Source: Candidatus Woesearchaeota archaeon (lineage in GTDB: Archaea; Nanobdellota; Nanobdellia; Pacearchaeales; GW2011-AR1). Taken from it: a DNA stretch of 34,735 bases. How positions within the stretch are numbered: the first letter of the stretch is position 1; every line of letters begins with the position of its first letter. The position numbers were made by a program, and so were the translations under genes. The notes beneath the pieces were generated by a model, which was given only the letters and a program-made list of their open reading frames with translations, was not told the DNA's origin and ran no database searches. The stretch is taken from NCBI GenBank assembly GCA_964594495.1, contig CAZQLX010000002.1, positions 1-34,735 on the forward strand, in the 5' to 3' direction. Of the stretch, positions 26,159 to 34,594 are shown piece by piece.

Positions 26159-26515
26159 ATGAGACAAAGAATGTTTAACGTTGAGCCTAGAGAGTTTATT
26201 GATAAAGTTTATAGATTTACTCAAAGCACACCTGTAAAAAAGGAAGGATTACCTCAAAATATTCATGCAGCTGTTGAAGAGTTAATGAACCATGTTAACT
26301 ACGGCGGGTGTTCTCGCCCCGATATAATTGTTCCTCCGAGAATAACAACTCGAAGTTATGAATCCTCTTATTTATCTGCGGCAGGACCAGTATGTTTTGT
26401 CTTTAGTTATGATCCCTCGACTGCACAAATGATGGCAATTGATGCAATAGCTAATGATCCGGTAGAGATAACTGATACAATAGAAGAAATGAAAAGAGAT
26501 TTAGGTTTGAGATGA
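26159..26515 (+). CDS. hypothetical protein (118 aa)
   Basis: GCTTATAAGC (26129-26138) lies about 20 nt before the ATG. No motif I recognise. Confidence 0.55.
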   Translation: MRQRMFNVEPREFIDKVYRFTQSTPVKKEGLPQNIHAAVEELMNHVNYGGCSRPDIIVPPRITTRSYESSYLSAAGPVCFVFSYDPSTAQMMAIDAIANDPVEITDTIEEMKRDLGLR

Positions 26516-26602
26516 TTTATAGTTAATTTTATTTTAATTTTTAATATTTTCTTGTTGTGATTTTTATTGTTTCTCGACGGTGATAATTTTTTGAGAGAAA
26601 TA

Positions 26603-26610
26603 TTTAAATA
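26603..26610 (+). promoter_or_regulatory. TATA box (TTTAAATA) for the 26629-28098 bicistron
   Basis: Lies 18 to 21 nt before the tandem ATGs. Confidence 0.55.
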
Positions 26611-26628
26611 GTTGTGATATTTAGAGGA

Positions 26629-27087
26629 ATGATGATAGTAGCTGTTGATACACTCGCTGAGGTTGTTTCTACGAAAACGCCTTCTAAATCTGATTTGGGT
26701 TTGGTAGTTAAAGATAGGGATGTTTTTACTGCACATCGTTTTATAATGGACGGGGATATGGATCTTTCGGTTGAAGGATTTCCATTATATCCTGGAGTTA
26801 CAAGAGTAGAATTCTCCTACAAGGTTCCTATGACCGTCGATGTAACAGGAAAGGTTAGGGTGCTTCCAGATACGAATGGAATTGTTGATTTAAGGGGTGG
26901 AAAGGTTACAGTTACTGCGCATAGAATGGATGTTGCAGAGAGTGCACTTTATGATCGTGCAGGGGCTTTGTTAGATCCTAATATCACTGTTTACCAAAGC
27001 GATAAAGTAACAAGAATTCCTCAAGCACAAGGGGCCCCATCTCTTGAAGTTAGAAAAGCATCCATTGAATATGATTTGCATGATTAA
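26629..27087 (+). CDS. hypothetical beta-rich protein (about 152 aa), first gene of an orphan bicistron
   Basis: TTTAAATA (26603-26610) lies 18 to 21 nt before the tandem ATGs at 26629 and 26632. The track start at 26614 is GTG. Confidence 0.6.
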   Translation: MMIVAVDTLAEVVSTKTPSKSDLGLVVKDRDVFTAHRFIMDGDMDLSVEGFPLYPGVTRVEFSYKVPMTVDVTGKVRVLPDTNGIVDLRGGKVTVTAHRMDVAESALYDRAGALLDPNITVYQSDKVTRIPQAQGAPSLEVRKASIEYDLHD

Positions 27088-27099
27088 TTTCTGTTTATA

Positions 27100-28098
27100 A
27101 TGCGATTGAATGATATAGTCACTGTTTATGAAAATCCAGATATTCTTTTAGAGGCATCTCGTATTGCTGGGGATAATGCGGGAAGGAATATTGCTGTTGG
27201 AAAATCTGTCGAAGCAAAAGTTTTAACATTTGATGATTTAGAATTGCGTTTCGGAGAAAAAACTAAATTTGTATCGGGTAGATCATATGCACTATCTTTT
27301 AGAGAATTTTCAAAAATAATATTTTATTATCGAAGTGTAGTGGGCGGTGGAAGAGGGATGGGGGATCTTACACCTGGCATTATTTCAGCTCTTGTAAGAG
27401 GAAAAGATGTAAAGCGTGTTCTAGAAAAGAAGGGACTTGGATCATATTTTTGTGATCTATTAAATAGAAGGAACGGTTGGCTTATGAAGGAATTAGAAAC
27501 ATATGCAAAAGTTTGTCGGATGAGATTAGACGAAAAAGACAATATAGACAGCAACGGATTAGTTTTGTTGAGAAGTGTGGCCCCTATTACGGTAGTTGAT
27601 GATCCAAATATGTGGAATTTACAAACACCTTTTGATTTATCTGCTAGGAAAGCGGAGTTTAGGTTTAGTAGTTCTGAAGGTGTTAAAATCGCTGACGGAA
27701 GTACAAAAGTAGGAACATATGAGAAAGCTTTATTGACTTTTGATGATTTAAGAATGCACTTGTATGATGAGAAAATTGGTGATGGAGACTTTCGTTCTTA
27801 TGACTCCGGAGAAATATGGCCTAATATAGTGCGTTATGCAAGCGGAGGGGTTATTGGCGGTCTTCTTGCTAAACATGTTATCTTAGCTGCTAACGGTTAT
27901 TCGTCTATCGATATTACATTATTATCTAGAATTTTAACTTCTTTTACGATTGTAGCATCTGGATTTGGATATATGTATTTGGGAAGTAAGTTTGAAAGAA
28001 AAAAGTTAAAGTTTGATGCAAGAGGGAGCAGCTTTAATTTTGCTTTTTATGGTCTTATTGAAGATGAAGAGAGAGTTAGAACAGAAACTTATAAATAA
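27100..28098 (+). CDS. hypothetical internally duplicated protein with two C-terminal TM helices
   Basis: It starts 12 nt after the upstream stop and has no TATA of its own. The repeat [31 protein letters not shown]...VVGGG matches [31 protein letters not shown]...VIGG. TM segments are [19 protein letters not shown] and [18 protein letters not shown]. Confidence 0.65.
   Translation: MRLNDIVTVYENPDILLEASRIAGDNAGRNIAVGKSVEAKVLTFDDLELRFGEKTKFVSGRSYALSFREFSKIIFYYRSVVGGGRGMGDLTPGIISALVRGKDVKRVLEKKGLGSYFCDLLNRRNGWLMKELETYAKVCRMRLDEKDNIDSNGLVLLRSVAPITVVDDPNMWNLQTPFDLSARKAEFRFSSSEGVKIADGSTKVGTYEKALLTFDDLRMHLYDEKIGDGDFRSYDSGEIWPNIVRYASGGVIGGLLAKHVILAANGYSSIDITLLSRILTSFTIVASGFGYMYLGSKFERKKLKFDARGSSFNFAFYGLIEDEERVRTETYK
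28089..28096 (+). promoter_or_regulatory. TATA box (TTATAAAT) for sod, overlapping the upstream stop codon
   Basis: Lies 22 nt before ATG 28119. Confidence 0.45.
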
Positions 28099-28118
28099 TC
28101 TGTTTACTTTTATTCAAA

Positions 28119-28739
28119 ATGAAACACACACTTCCTCCTTTACCTTATACATATGATGCGCTTGAGCCTTTTATAGATGCGAGAACAATGGAAATACACC
28201 ATATGAAACATCATCAGACATATGTCGATAAGTTAAATGCGGCATTGGCGAAACATACTAAGATACAAGATGAAAGCGTTGAAGAATTGTTAGCCAATAA
28301 TTTAAAAAAAGTTCCTGCAGATATAAAGAAAGAGGTACAAAATCATGGAGGGGGGCACGCAAATCATTCTTTTTTCTGGAAAATAATGACAGATAAAGCG
28401 GAAGAGAAAGAATTTAAAGGAAAAATTGTAGATGCGATTGAAAAAGAATATGGAAGTTTTGATAAATTTAAAGAGCAATTTGTAGATGCTGCTGTTAAAA
28501 GATTTGGATCTGGATGGTGTTGGCTTGTTGTTAATCAAGGTAAGCTAGAAATATGTAGTACGGCAAATCAAGATTCTCCCTTGATGGAAGGAAAAATTCC
28601 CGTGTTGGGATTGGATGTTTGGGAACATGCTTACTATTTGAAGTGGCAGTCTAATAGAAAAGGATATGCTGATAATTGGTGGAATGCAGTGAATTGGAAG
28701 GCCGTTAACGAAAATTATGAGAATGCTGTAAACAAATGA
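28119..28739 (+). CDS. sod: Fe/Mn superoxide dismutase
   Basis: [31 protein letters not shown] and DVWEHAYYL. It has its own TATA (TTATAAAT, 28089-28096) overlapping the upstream stop. Confidence 0.95.
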   Translation: MKHTLPPLPYTYDALEPFIDARTMEIHHMKHHQTYVDKLNAALAKHTKIQDESVEELLANNLKKVPADIKKEVQNHGGGHANHSFFWKIMTDKAEEKEFKGKIVDAIEKEYGSFDKFKEQFVDAAVKRFGSGWCWLVVNQGKLEICSTANQDSPLMEGKIPVLGLDVWEHAYYLKWQSNRKGYADNWWNAVNWKAVNENYENAVNK

Positions 28740-28889
28740 ACTTTAATCATCTTGACAGAAGTATAGAATTATATGTATATGGGGCAGCAGTTGTAATCGC
28801 TATTGTTTAAAGTAAATAAGTAATTTTTACTACTTTTTTAGATAATTTTTTTGAAAAATGTTTAAGAAGTGCAAAAAAGAGATTTTTTT

Positions 28890-29339
28890 ATGGCAGAAGC
28901 AAAAGAAAACATTTCTTTATTAGACCCTGTACTTCTTTATGGGGTTTATTTAGGAAGATTAGTTAGGATAAATAATTTAACTTTGCCTGATAAACTACTA
29001 AAAGGAAAAAAAGTTCGAGTTGAAGAACTTGATATGCGGGCTGCAGATAAAGGTCTTGATGTTGTTCTGGTTCATCCTACGAGAACCACAACGATTATAC
29101 CAAAATCTGTTTTAATAAATCATCCTCAAATTGGCGTGCCTTTGATATATGTTGGTGAAATTGTTCCAAGCGAATGTTCGGGAGTTTTTAGAGAAAGCTA
29201 CAAATTAGATGGAGACTATATTAGAAAATTGGTTTCGAGAAAAAAATCCATAGGCGGAAAATTAAATGCAATTGGGTTGTATACTCCGATTGAAGATATT
29301 TCTCTTTACTTATTTTTTAGGACAAAAACTTTAGGATAG
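28890..29339 (+). CDS. hypothetical protein (about 149 aa)
   Basis: The TATA-like ATGTTTAAG (28858-28866) lies 23 nt before ATG 28890. The track start at 28869 is GTG. Confidence 0.55.
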   Translation: MAEAKENISLLDPVLLYGVYLGRLVRINNLTLPDKLLKGKKVRVEELDMRAADKGLDVVLVHPTRTTTIIPKSVLINHPQIGVPLIYVGEIVPSECSGVFRESYKLDGDYIRKLVSRKKSIGGKLNAIGLYTPIEDISLYLFFRTKTLG

Positions 29340-29373
29340 AATAAGTTTTTAAGTAATAAAACGATATAAGATC

Positions 29374-31185
29374 ATGAACAAAAGGGGACTTTCTGATGTA
29401 ATCACAACCGTGCTAATTATATTACTTGTTTTGGCTGCAGTTATTATTATTTGGGTTTTTGTTGCACCTGCACTAAGAGATGCGGGATCACAAGTTGATT
29501 CTGGAACACTAACATCTAATTTTGAAATAAGAAAAGATAGCGTTATATTGGAAGAAAGTGATGCAAAGAAAGAAATTAATTTAACTATAAAAAGAAATAC
29601 TGGGGAAGGAAATGTTGTCGCGCTTGTGGTGATTTTGGAAGATGTGAATAAGGATCAAAAACCTTACCGATTTAATTTTACTGATTTTAATGAATTGGAA
29701 ACAAGGAAAGTTGGCATTGATTTTTCTGGAAGTGGTTTAGGTTCTTTAGCAAAAGTTCATGTTGTTCCAATTATAGAAAATGAGGGGAAGGAATTAACTG
29801 GACCTGTAAAAGATACTTATAGAATAAGAGGAAGTGAAGATGGAGATACTGGAGACGAGGGTTCTACAGAATGTATCTCTGATTGTTCGATTGTTGGAAC
29901 AAGTTGTGTCGGGAACGCAGTACAAACTTGTGCTAATGTCAATGGATGCTTAAAAATAACAAGCACTGTTTCTTGTGGGGGTGAGATATGTCAAAGCGGG
30001 ATCTGTGTACCGGATGTGCCTGTATGCAATTACGTGTTAAATCCTTCTGCTAGATCTCTATCTATGAATGGAGGTTCAGAAAAGTTTGATGTAAATGTTT
30101 CCGATGTTAGATGTACTTGGACTGCTACGAGTAATGCTGAGTGGATAACAATTACTTCTGGAGCAAGTGGAACTGGGAATGGCACAATTTCATATACTGG
30201 CGCAGCTAATTTAGGAATTGATAGAATAGGAACAATTACAGTTAATGGGCAAACTCATACTATAAGCCAATCCGGAGAGTACAGCATCTCTCTCACAGGA
30301 GGGACAGAATTAACTTTGCCAGGAAATGGATATGCCTATGTTACTAGACAAAGTGGTGGGGCAAGAATGACAACAATTGATTTAGCGACACGACAAATTG
30401 TTAATGATATTTCAATTGGGGGATCTGCGAATAAGATTGTTTCTAGTAATACTCACCTATATACGACAAATGGAACAAGTCTAAATATATACAGCATAGC
30501 AAATCCAGCAGCACCATTTTTAGTTTCTTCTCTGTCTTTATCTTATTTACAAGATGATGTGATTTTGATTGGGAATTATGTTTTTGTTGAATGGAAAAAT
30601 GGAGCACCGTTTGGTGCTTATACAATTGATGTGAGTAATCCGGGTTCGCCTTTACATACAGGTACAACACAGTGGGCCGATAATAACGCTCCCCAGTCTA
30701 TGACCGTTCGCGCAGATGGTCAGAGAGTGTATCTAGCATCCGGAGGGTTTAGTGGAACTGGAGCGATTTCTGTAATAAGGGACAATAACGGAGATTACGG
30801 TCAAAGAGATCCAGGAGGTATTTCTGGAGGGGTAGCCTTGCTTGCAACGTCTCAAAACATGCTATACACTAGTCAATATTCTCCAGGCGATACACGAATA
30901 AGAATATATAACATTGCGGGCTCTCCTCAGTGGCTTGGGGAGGTTGCGTCTCTTCCAGGTAGAACACATGGCTATTCTGACATTTCTCTATCTGGAAATT
31001 TCTTATATACAATTGGAAGACATGATCCTGGTTTTATACTTGATAAGTTTGATGTGAATAATCCATCGGCACCAGTATTTGTATCTGGGCGTGCACCATT
31101 TGGAGCGAATCCTCATGGAGTTGTTGCGGCTTCCGACGGGGTTTATTTAGTAACGGATACAACCTTTGAGAAAAGAAGCTTGTAA
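29374..31185 (+). CDS. archaeal type-IV-pilin-like (class III signal peptide) surface protein with a Cys-rich module, a BACON-like Ig domain and LVIVD-repeat beta-propeller
   Basis: The N-terminus is MNKRG/LSDVITTVLIILLVLAAVIIIWVF. Residues 166-211 contain 8 Cys. Residues 218-301 (CNYVLNPSARSLSMNGGSEKFDVNVSDVRCTWTATSNAEWITITSGASGTGNGTISYTGAANLGIDRIGTITVNGQTHTISQSG) are BACON-like. The C-terminal ~290 aa carry repeated motifs of the form x-I-Y/F-D/S-I/V-x-N-P-x-x-P (IYSIANPAAP, IDVSNPGSP, IYNIAGSPQ, FDVNNPSAP). Confidence 0.8.
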   Translation: MNKRGLSDVITTVLIILLVLAAVIIIWVFVAPALRDAGSQVDSGTLTSNFEIRKDSVILEESDAKKEINLTIKRNTGEGNVVALVVILEDVNKDQKPYRFNFTDFNELETRKVGIDFSGSGLGSLAKVHVVPIIENEGKELTGPVKDTYRIRGSEDGDTGDEGSTECISDCSIVGTSCVGNAVQTCANVNGCLKITSTVSCGGEICQSGICVPDVPVCNYVLNPSARSLSMNGGSEKFDVNVSDVRCTWTATSNAEWITITSGASGTGNGTISYTGAANLGIDRIGTITVNGQTHTISQSGEYSISLTGGTELTLPGNGYAYVTRQSGGARMTTIDLATRQIVNDISIGGSANKIVSSNTHLYTTNGTSLNIYSIANPAAPFLVSSLSLSYLQDDVILIGNYVFVEWKNGAPFGAYTIDVSNPGSPLHTGTTQWADNNAPQSMTVRADGQRVYLASGGFSGTGAISVIRDNNGDYGQRDPGGISGGVALLATSQNMLYTSQYSPGDTRIRIYNIAGSPQWLGEVASLPGRTHGYSDISLSGNFLYTIGRHDPGFILDKFDVNNPSAPVFVSGRAPFGANPHGVVAASDGVYLVTDTTFEKRSL

Positions 31186-32349
31186 CTATTTTTTAAGAAA
31201 ATCAATTTCTTCTTCTGAAAGTTTTAATTGAGTTTGAACGAGCGGATTTTTTAATACTGGTTTGAGAAGGGAAAAATCTCTCATTATTCTTTTTGTCGAA
31301 CAATGCACAAATTTTGCATATTTCTTTGCTATTGTTTTCTTTTGTACTGTTTTTTGATTGTGAAGCCATATTTTGAGAATTCTTTTTGGGCGATCATATT
31401 TTGTAAACCCTTCGGAAGGAGCAAGTTTCGCAAATGAAACACCAGCACTTTGAAATATGTTTTGATATATTAGAAATCTCCAGGATTGATTAAGATATAT
31501 TCTTCCTCTGAATACATCAGCATTGCTTAAAGCAAGGTACGCTTTGATTAGGGCTTCATTTTTATATTCCTTTGGAATATTTTCTTCAAGCCAGAGAAGA
31601 ATTTCATCTAAAGATAAGGAAGAGGAATCAAATAAATCAAGAAACGCTTCTCTTTCTTTGAAAATTCTTTTTAAGATATTGAAAATATTTTCCTCTACAT
31701 CTCTTTTTTCTTTTGAATCTATAAATATGTTTTCTCCAATTGAATAAGCTTGTAGGTCATTTAATGCCGCTCTGACGTCACCACGAGATTTTATTGCAAT
31801 TTGTTTTAGAAATAAAATATCATTTTTTATGCTTTCTTTTTCAGATATTCTTGAAAGAATTCCGACAATTGTTCCTATATCGAGAGGTTTCATTTCGACA
31901 AGTTTTGATTTTGCTCTCACAGGGGACAATTTTGTTTGCCAAACGTCGTTACAGGTCATGATAATAGGGAAGGCAGATGCAGAAATTGTTCTTAACAGTT
32001 CTGGAATCCCTCCGATGTCTGTACCTGTTACTCCATCAACTTCGTCCATAAGGAGAATTTTACCTTTTTTGAACAAGGAGCGTTGTTGTGCTGCAGGTTT
32101 AAGAGTCTCTTCTAGTTTTGCTCTGTTTCTTAAATCAGAAGAGTTTAATTCTAAAATGTCTAAGTCTAATTCTTTTGCTGCTGTTAAAACAATTGAGGTT
32201 TTTCCCGTTCCGGCCGGACCATATAAAATAAGTGATTTCTTTTTAGGGAATTCTTTTAAAAAGTTTATCACTTCAGTTACAGCTTGAGATTGTCCAATAA
32301 TCTCTTCAAATCTTTTCGGGCGATATTTTTCTGTGAAACTTAGTGGCAT
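31186..32349 (-). CDS. rfcL: replication factor C large subunit (short form, 387 aa)
   Basis: FTEKYRPKRFEEIIGQ, Walker A YGPAGTGKTS, and LLMDEVDG. An AGAGGA Shine-Dalgarno-like sequence lies just upstream, and the gene follows rfcS. Confidence 0.9.
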   Translation of the reverse strand: MPLSFTEKYRPKRFEEIIGQSQAVTEVINFLKEFPKKKSLILYGPAGTGKTSIVLTAAKELDLDILELNSSDLRNRAKLEETLKPAAQQRSLFKKGKILLMDEVDGVTGTDIGGIPELLRTISASAFPIIMTCNDVWQTKLSPVRAKSKLVEMKPLDIGTIVGILSRISEKESIKNDILFLKQIAIKSRGDVRAALNDLQAYSIGENIFIDSKEKRDVEENIFNILKRIFKEREAFLDLFDSSSLSLDEILLWLEENIPKEYKNEALIKAYLALSNADVFRGRIYLNQSWRFLIYQNIFQSAGVSFAKLAPSEGFTKYDRPKRILKIWLHNQKTVQKKTIAKKYAKFVHCSTKRIMRDFSLLKPVLKNPLVQTQLKLSEEEIDFLKK

Positions 32350-32369
32350 TTTTCCTCTTTGTTTATAGA

Positions 32370-33338
32370 TTATGTGCTTTTTCCTTGGCCTGCTAAAACA
32401 AATGAGGCCAAAAGAGCTTGAAGTTGAACAAATTCATCACTTCCTTCAATCATTCTGAATTCGGCTTCTCCTGTTTTTTCTGTTAACTTTACTTTTATTT
32501 CTGGCTCTATTTGCAAACTCCATACTTCTTTTTGAATGGCTTTTATAATATCTGTACCTGAAATAGAATCTTTGAGCATAACATCTAAAAGTTTATCACG
32601 AGCATTGACGAAATCCCCAGATAATGCATAATCAAGAACAACGCGTATTTCTTTTGGACGTGATGCGGATGCAATCATATTTATCATTTCCGAGGTTATG
32701 TCTGAAGATATTGAGGCGGTTGCTTGAAGTAAATTTATTGCTCTTCTACAATCACCTTCGCTTGCTTCATATAGAGTTTCGACAGCCTCATCGGAAATCT
32801 TTAGTTTTTCGATCTCACATATTCTTTTTATTACATTTGAGATATCTTTCTTTTCGAGAAGTTTAAAACGAAAAACAACACAACGAGATTGAATTGGGTC
32901 TATAATACGCGATGAATAGTTACAAGACATTATGAATCGACAGGTGTTTGTGTAATTCTCCATTGTTCTTCTTAATGCTTGTTGAGCCTCTTTTGTTAAA
33001 GCGTCTGCTTCATCAAGAAAAATTACTTTGAATGGAATATTATCTAACGCCTTTGTTCGAGCAAAGTCTTTTACTTTTTGTCTTACAACTTCGATTCCTC
33101 TTTCATCACTGGCATTTAATTCTAGATAGTTTTCTCTCCACGCACTTCCAAATAGTTCTTTTACAATTATTAAAGCCATTGTTGATTTACCAGTACCTGC
33201 CGGACCGGCAAGCATTAAATGCGGAATATTCATAGCTTGCACTAAAGAACGAACACGCTTGAGAATTTCTTGTTGTCCCACCACTTCTTCAAATTTAGAT
33301 GGACGATATTTCTCAGTCCAAATGTCTGTCTGAGCCAT
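32370..33338 (-). CDS. rfcS: replication factor C small subunit
   Basis: WTEKYRPSKFEEVVGQ, GPAGTGKST, FLDEADAL, and the SRC motif (IQSRCVVFRF). Confidence 0.95.
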   Translation of the reverse strand: MAQTDIWTEKYRPSKFEEVVGQQEILKRVRSLVQAMNIPHLMLAGPAGTGKSTMALIIVKELFGSAWRENYLELNASDERGIEVVRQKVKDFARTKALDNIPFKVIFLDEADALTKEAQQALRRTMENYTNTCRFIMSCNYSSRIIDPIQSRCVVFRFKLLEKKDISNVIKRICEIEKLKISDEAVETLYEASEGDCRRAINLLQATASISSDITSEMINMIASASRPKEIRVVLDYALSGDFVNARDKLLDVMLKDSISGTDIIKAIQKEVWSLQIEPEIKVKLTEKTGEAEFRMIEGSDEFVQLQALLASFVLAGQGKST

Positions 33339-33466
33339 ACATGCTCTTTATCTTGTGTTCTTATAAAGATTGTTATAGTTTAGTGTATTTATTCATGAGG
33401 ATTCACTACTTTTTAAGATAAAAAATAAGAAGAGAGGTTTTTATATTAAAATTAATTCTGATTTGA

Positions 33467-34396
33467 ATGAGTCAACAGAGTGTTTTACAACCAACATTGC
33501 CGCTTTTGTTAGCTTTATGCATTACCGATTCGACTTTTGATGAGGCATTGAGATCGCAAGATGAAGTTGTAGAGATAGCGGAAAGAGTCAAAGAAGAGTT
33601 TCCGAAGGTGAGGATAATCGGAGAATGGAGGTCCGATTATGTTCATAATTTAAGAGCGGAACAGGTAAGAAGGTTTAGGGAGCATAGCAATCTAGAGCTT
33701 ATGTTCACTCCTCGTTCTACCTTTGAAGCGTCTGCCCGATGGAGGGAAAATAAGCATCTCGGATTTCAAGGTACGATGGCAAAAAAACTTCAATTGTATA
33801 AGATTGCAATTGAATGTGGATTTCAATGGTTTGATATAGAATTATCTACAGTGTACTACACGTTTAGTTTGTTCGGAAATCAAAGATGGAAAAGCGAACT
33901 AAAAGAGAATTTGAGTGTACTTCTAAATGACTATCAAGGGAAAGCTAGACAAATTATTTCTTATCATGACTTTCTTTCTACACCGAAGTTGGATAAAATT
34001 CGATCAAAGTTTATGCAAGAAATAGATGCAGGTATATTACCAACAGGGAAGGTAGCATGTATGGCAAACAAAGACGAAGATGTTGCAAGTCTTATGTATC
34101 AGGTTCTTGATGCACATATAAGGAAGTTAAAAATTATCGGAATTCCTATGGGGGAAGTAGGAAAAGTTGGGAGAGTTTTATCTTTAATGTACGGGTCAGA
34201 ATTAGGATATGCTGCTAGAAAGTCTCAAAGTGCGCCTGGCCAAATTTATGTTTGGAAGATGATTCCAATGATTGAAAAAGCTTATGAGATATTTGAGAAA
34301 AGAGGTTGGAAAGATGACAGGCATCTTCTTGCAACTGAAGGGGCGAAATTTGTCTCTGAAATGAGAGATAAAATCGTAAAACCTTTTGAAAACTAA
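33467..34396 (+). CDS. aroD: type I 3-dehydroquinate dehydratase-like protein (long form, 309 aa)
   Basis: Blocks that align to AroD as I recall it: IGEWRSDY (EWRVD), LMFTPRS (FTFRS), FDIEL, ISYHDFLSTP (catalytic His), GKVACMA (Schiff-base Lys), MGEVGKVGRVL, SAPGQI. Confidence 0.75.
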   Translation: MSQQSVLQPTLPLLLALCITDSTFDEALRSQDEVVEIAERVKEEFPKVRIIGEWRSDYVHNLRAEQVRRFREHSNLELMFTPRSTFEASARWRENKHLGFQGTMAKKLQLYKIAIECGFQWFDIELSTVYYTFSLFGNQRWKSELKENLSVLLNDYQGKARQIISYHDFLSTPKLDKIRSKFMQEIDAGILPTGKVACMANKDEDVASLMYQVLDAHIRKLKIIGIPMGEVGKVGRVLSLMYGSELGYAARKSQSAPGQIYVWKMIPMIEKAYEIFEKRGWKDDRHLLATEGAKFVSEMRDKIVKPFEN

Positions 34397-34408
34397 AAAT
34401 TAAAATAA

Positions 34409-34525
34409 TTAAACAGATCTTTGTCTATGCAACTTTCTCCTACGCTTTTCTTTCTTTATTCTTTTACGTTGCCATTTCCAGCGCATTTGTCTTTTTTTCT
34501 TCCACCTTCGTGATGATCTTTTCAT
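34409..34525 (-). CDS. rpl41e: ribosomal protein L41e (38 aa)
   Basis: Not in the supplied track. My translation is MKRSSRRWKKKRQMRWKWQRKRIKKEKRRRKLHRQRSV, with the extreme Arg/Lys/Trp composition typical of L41e. TTTATAAA (34547-34554) lies 21 nt upstream. Confidence 0.75.
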   Translation of the reverse strand: MKRSSRRWKKKRQMRWKWQRKRIKKEKRRRKLHRQRSV

Positions 34526-34546
34526 GGAAAGATGAGAGAAATTTGG

Positions 34547-34554
34547 TTTATAAA
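34547..34554 (-). promoter_or_regulatory. TATA box (TTTATAAA) for rpl41e
   Basis: Lies 21 nt upstream of ATG 34525. Confidence 0.5.
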
Positions 34555-34565
34555 ACTTACTAAGA

Positions 34566-34573
34566 TTTTTAAA
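34566..34573 (+). promoter_or_regulatory. TATA box (TTTTTAAA) for tgtA
   Basis: Lies 21 nt before ATG 34595. Confidence 0.5.
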
Positions 34574-34594
34574 CAATTTACTTTAGCATATTAT

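Noticed and set aside
22795-31185. An apparently GC-richer block (about 40-43% in hand-counted samples against 28-32% elsewhere) as a horizontally acquired island
   Set aside because: The core gene cdc48 sampled at ~40% as well, so GC tracks individual genes rather than a contiguous island. There are no integrase, tRNA or flanking repeats.
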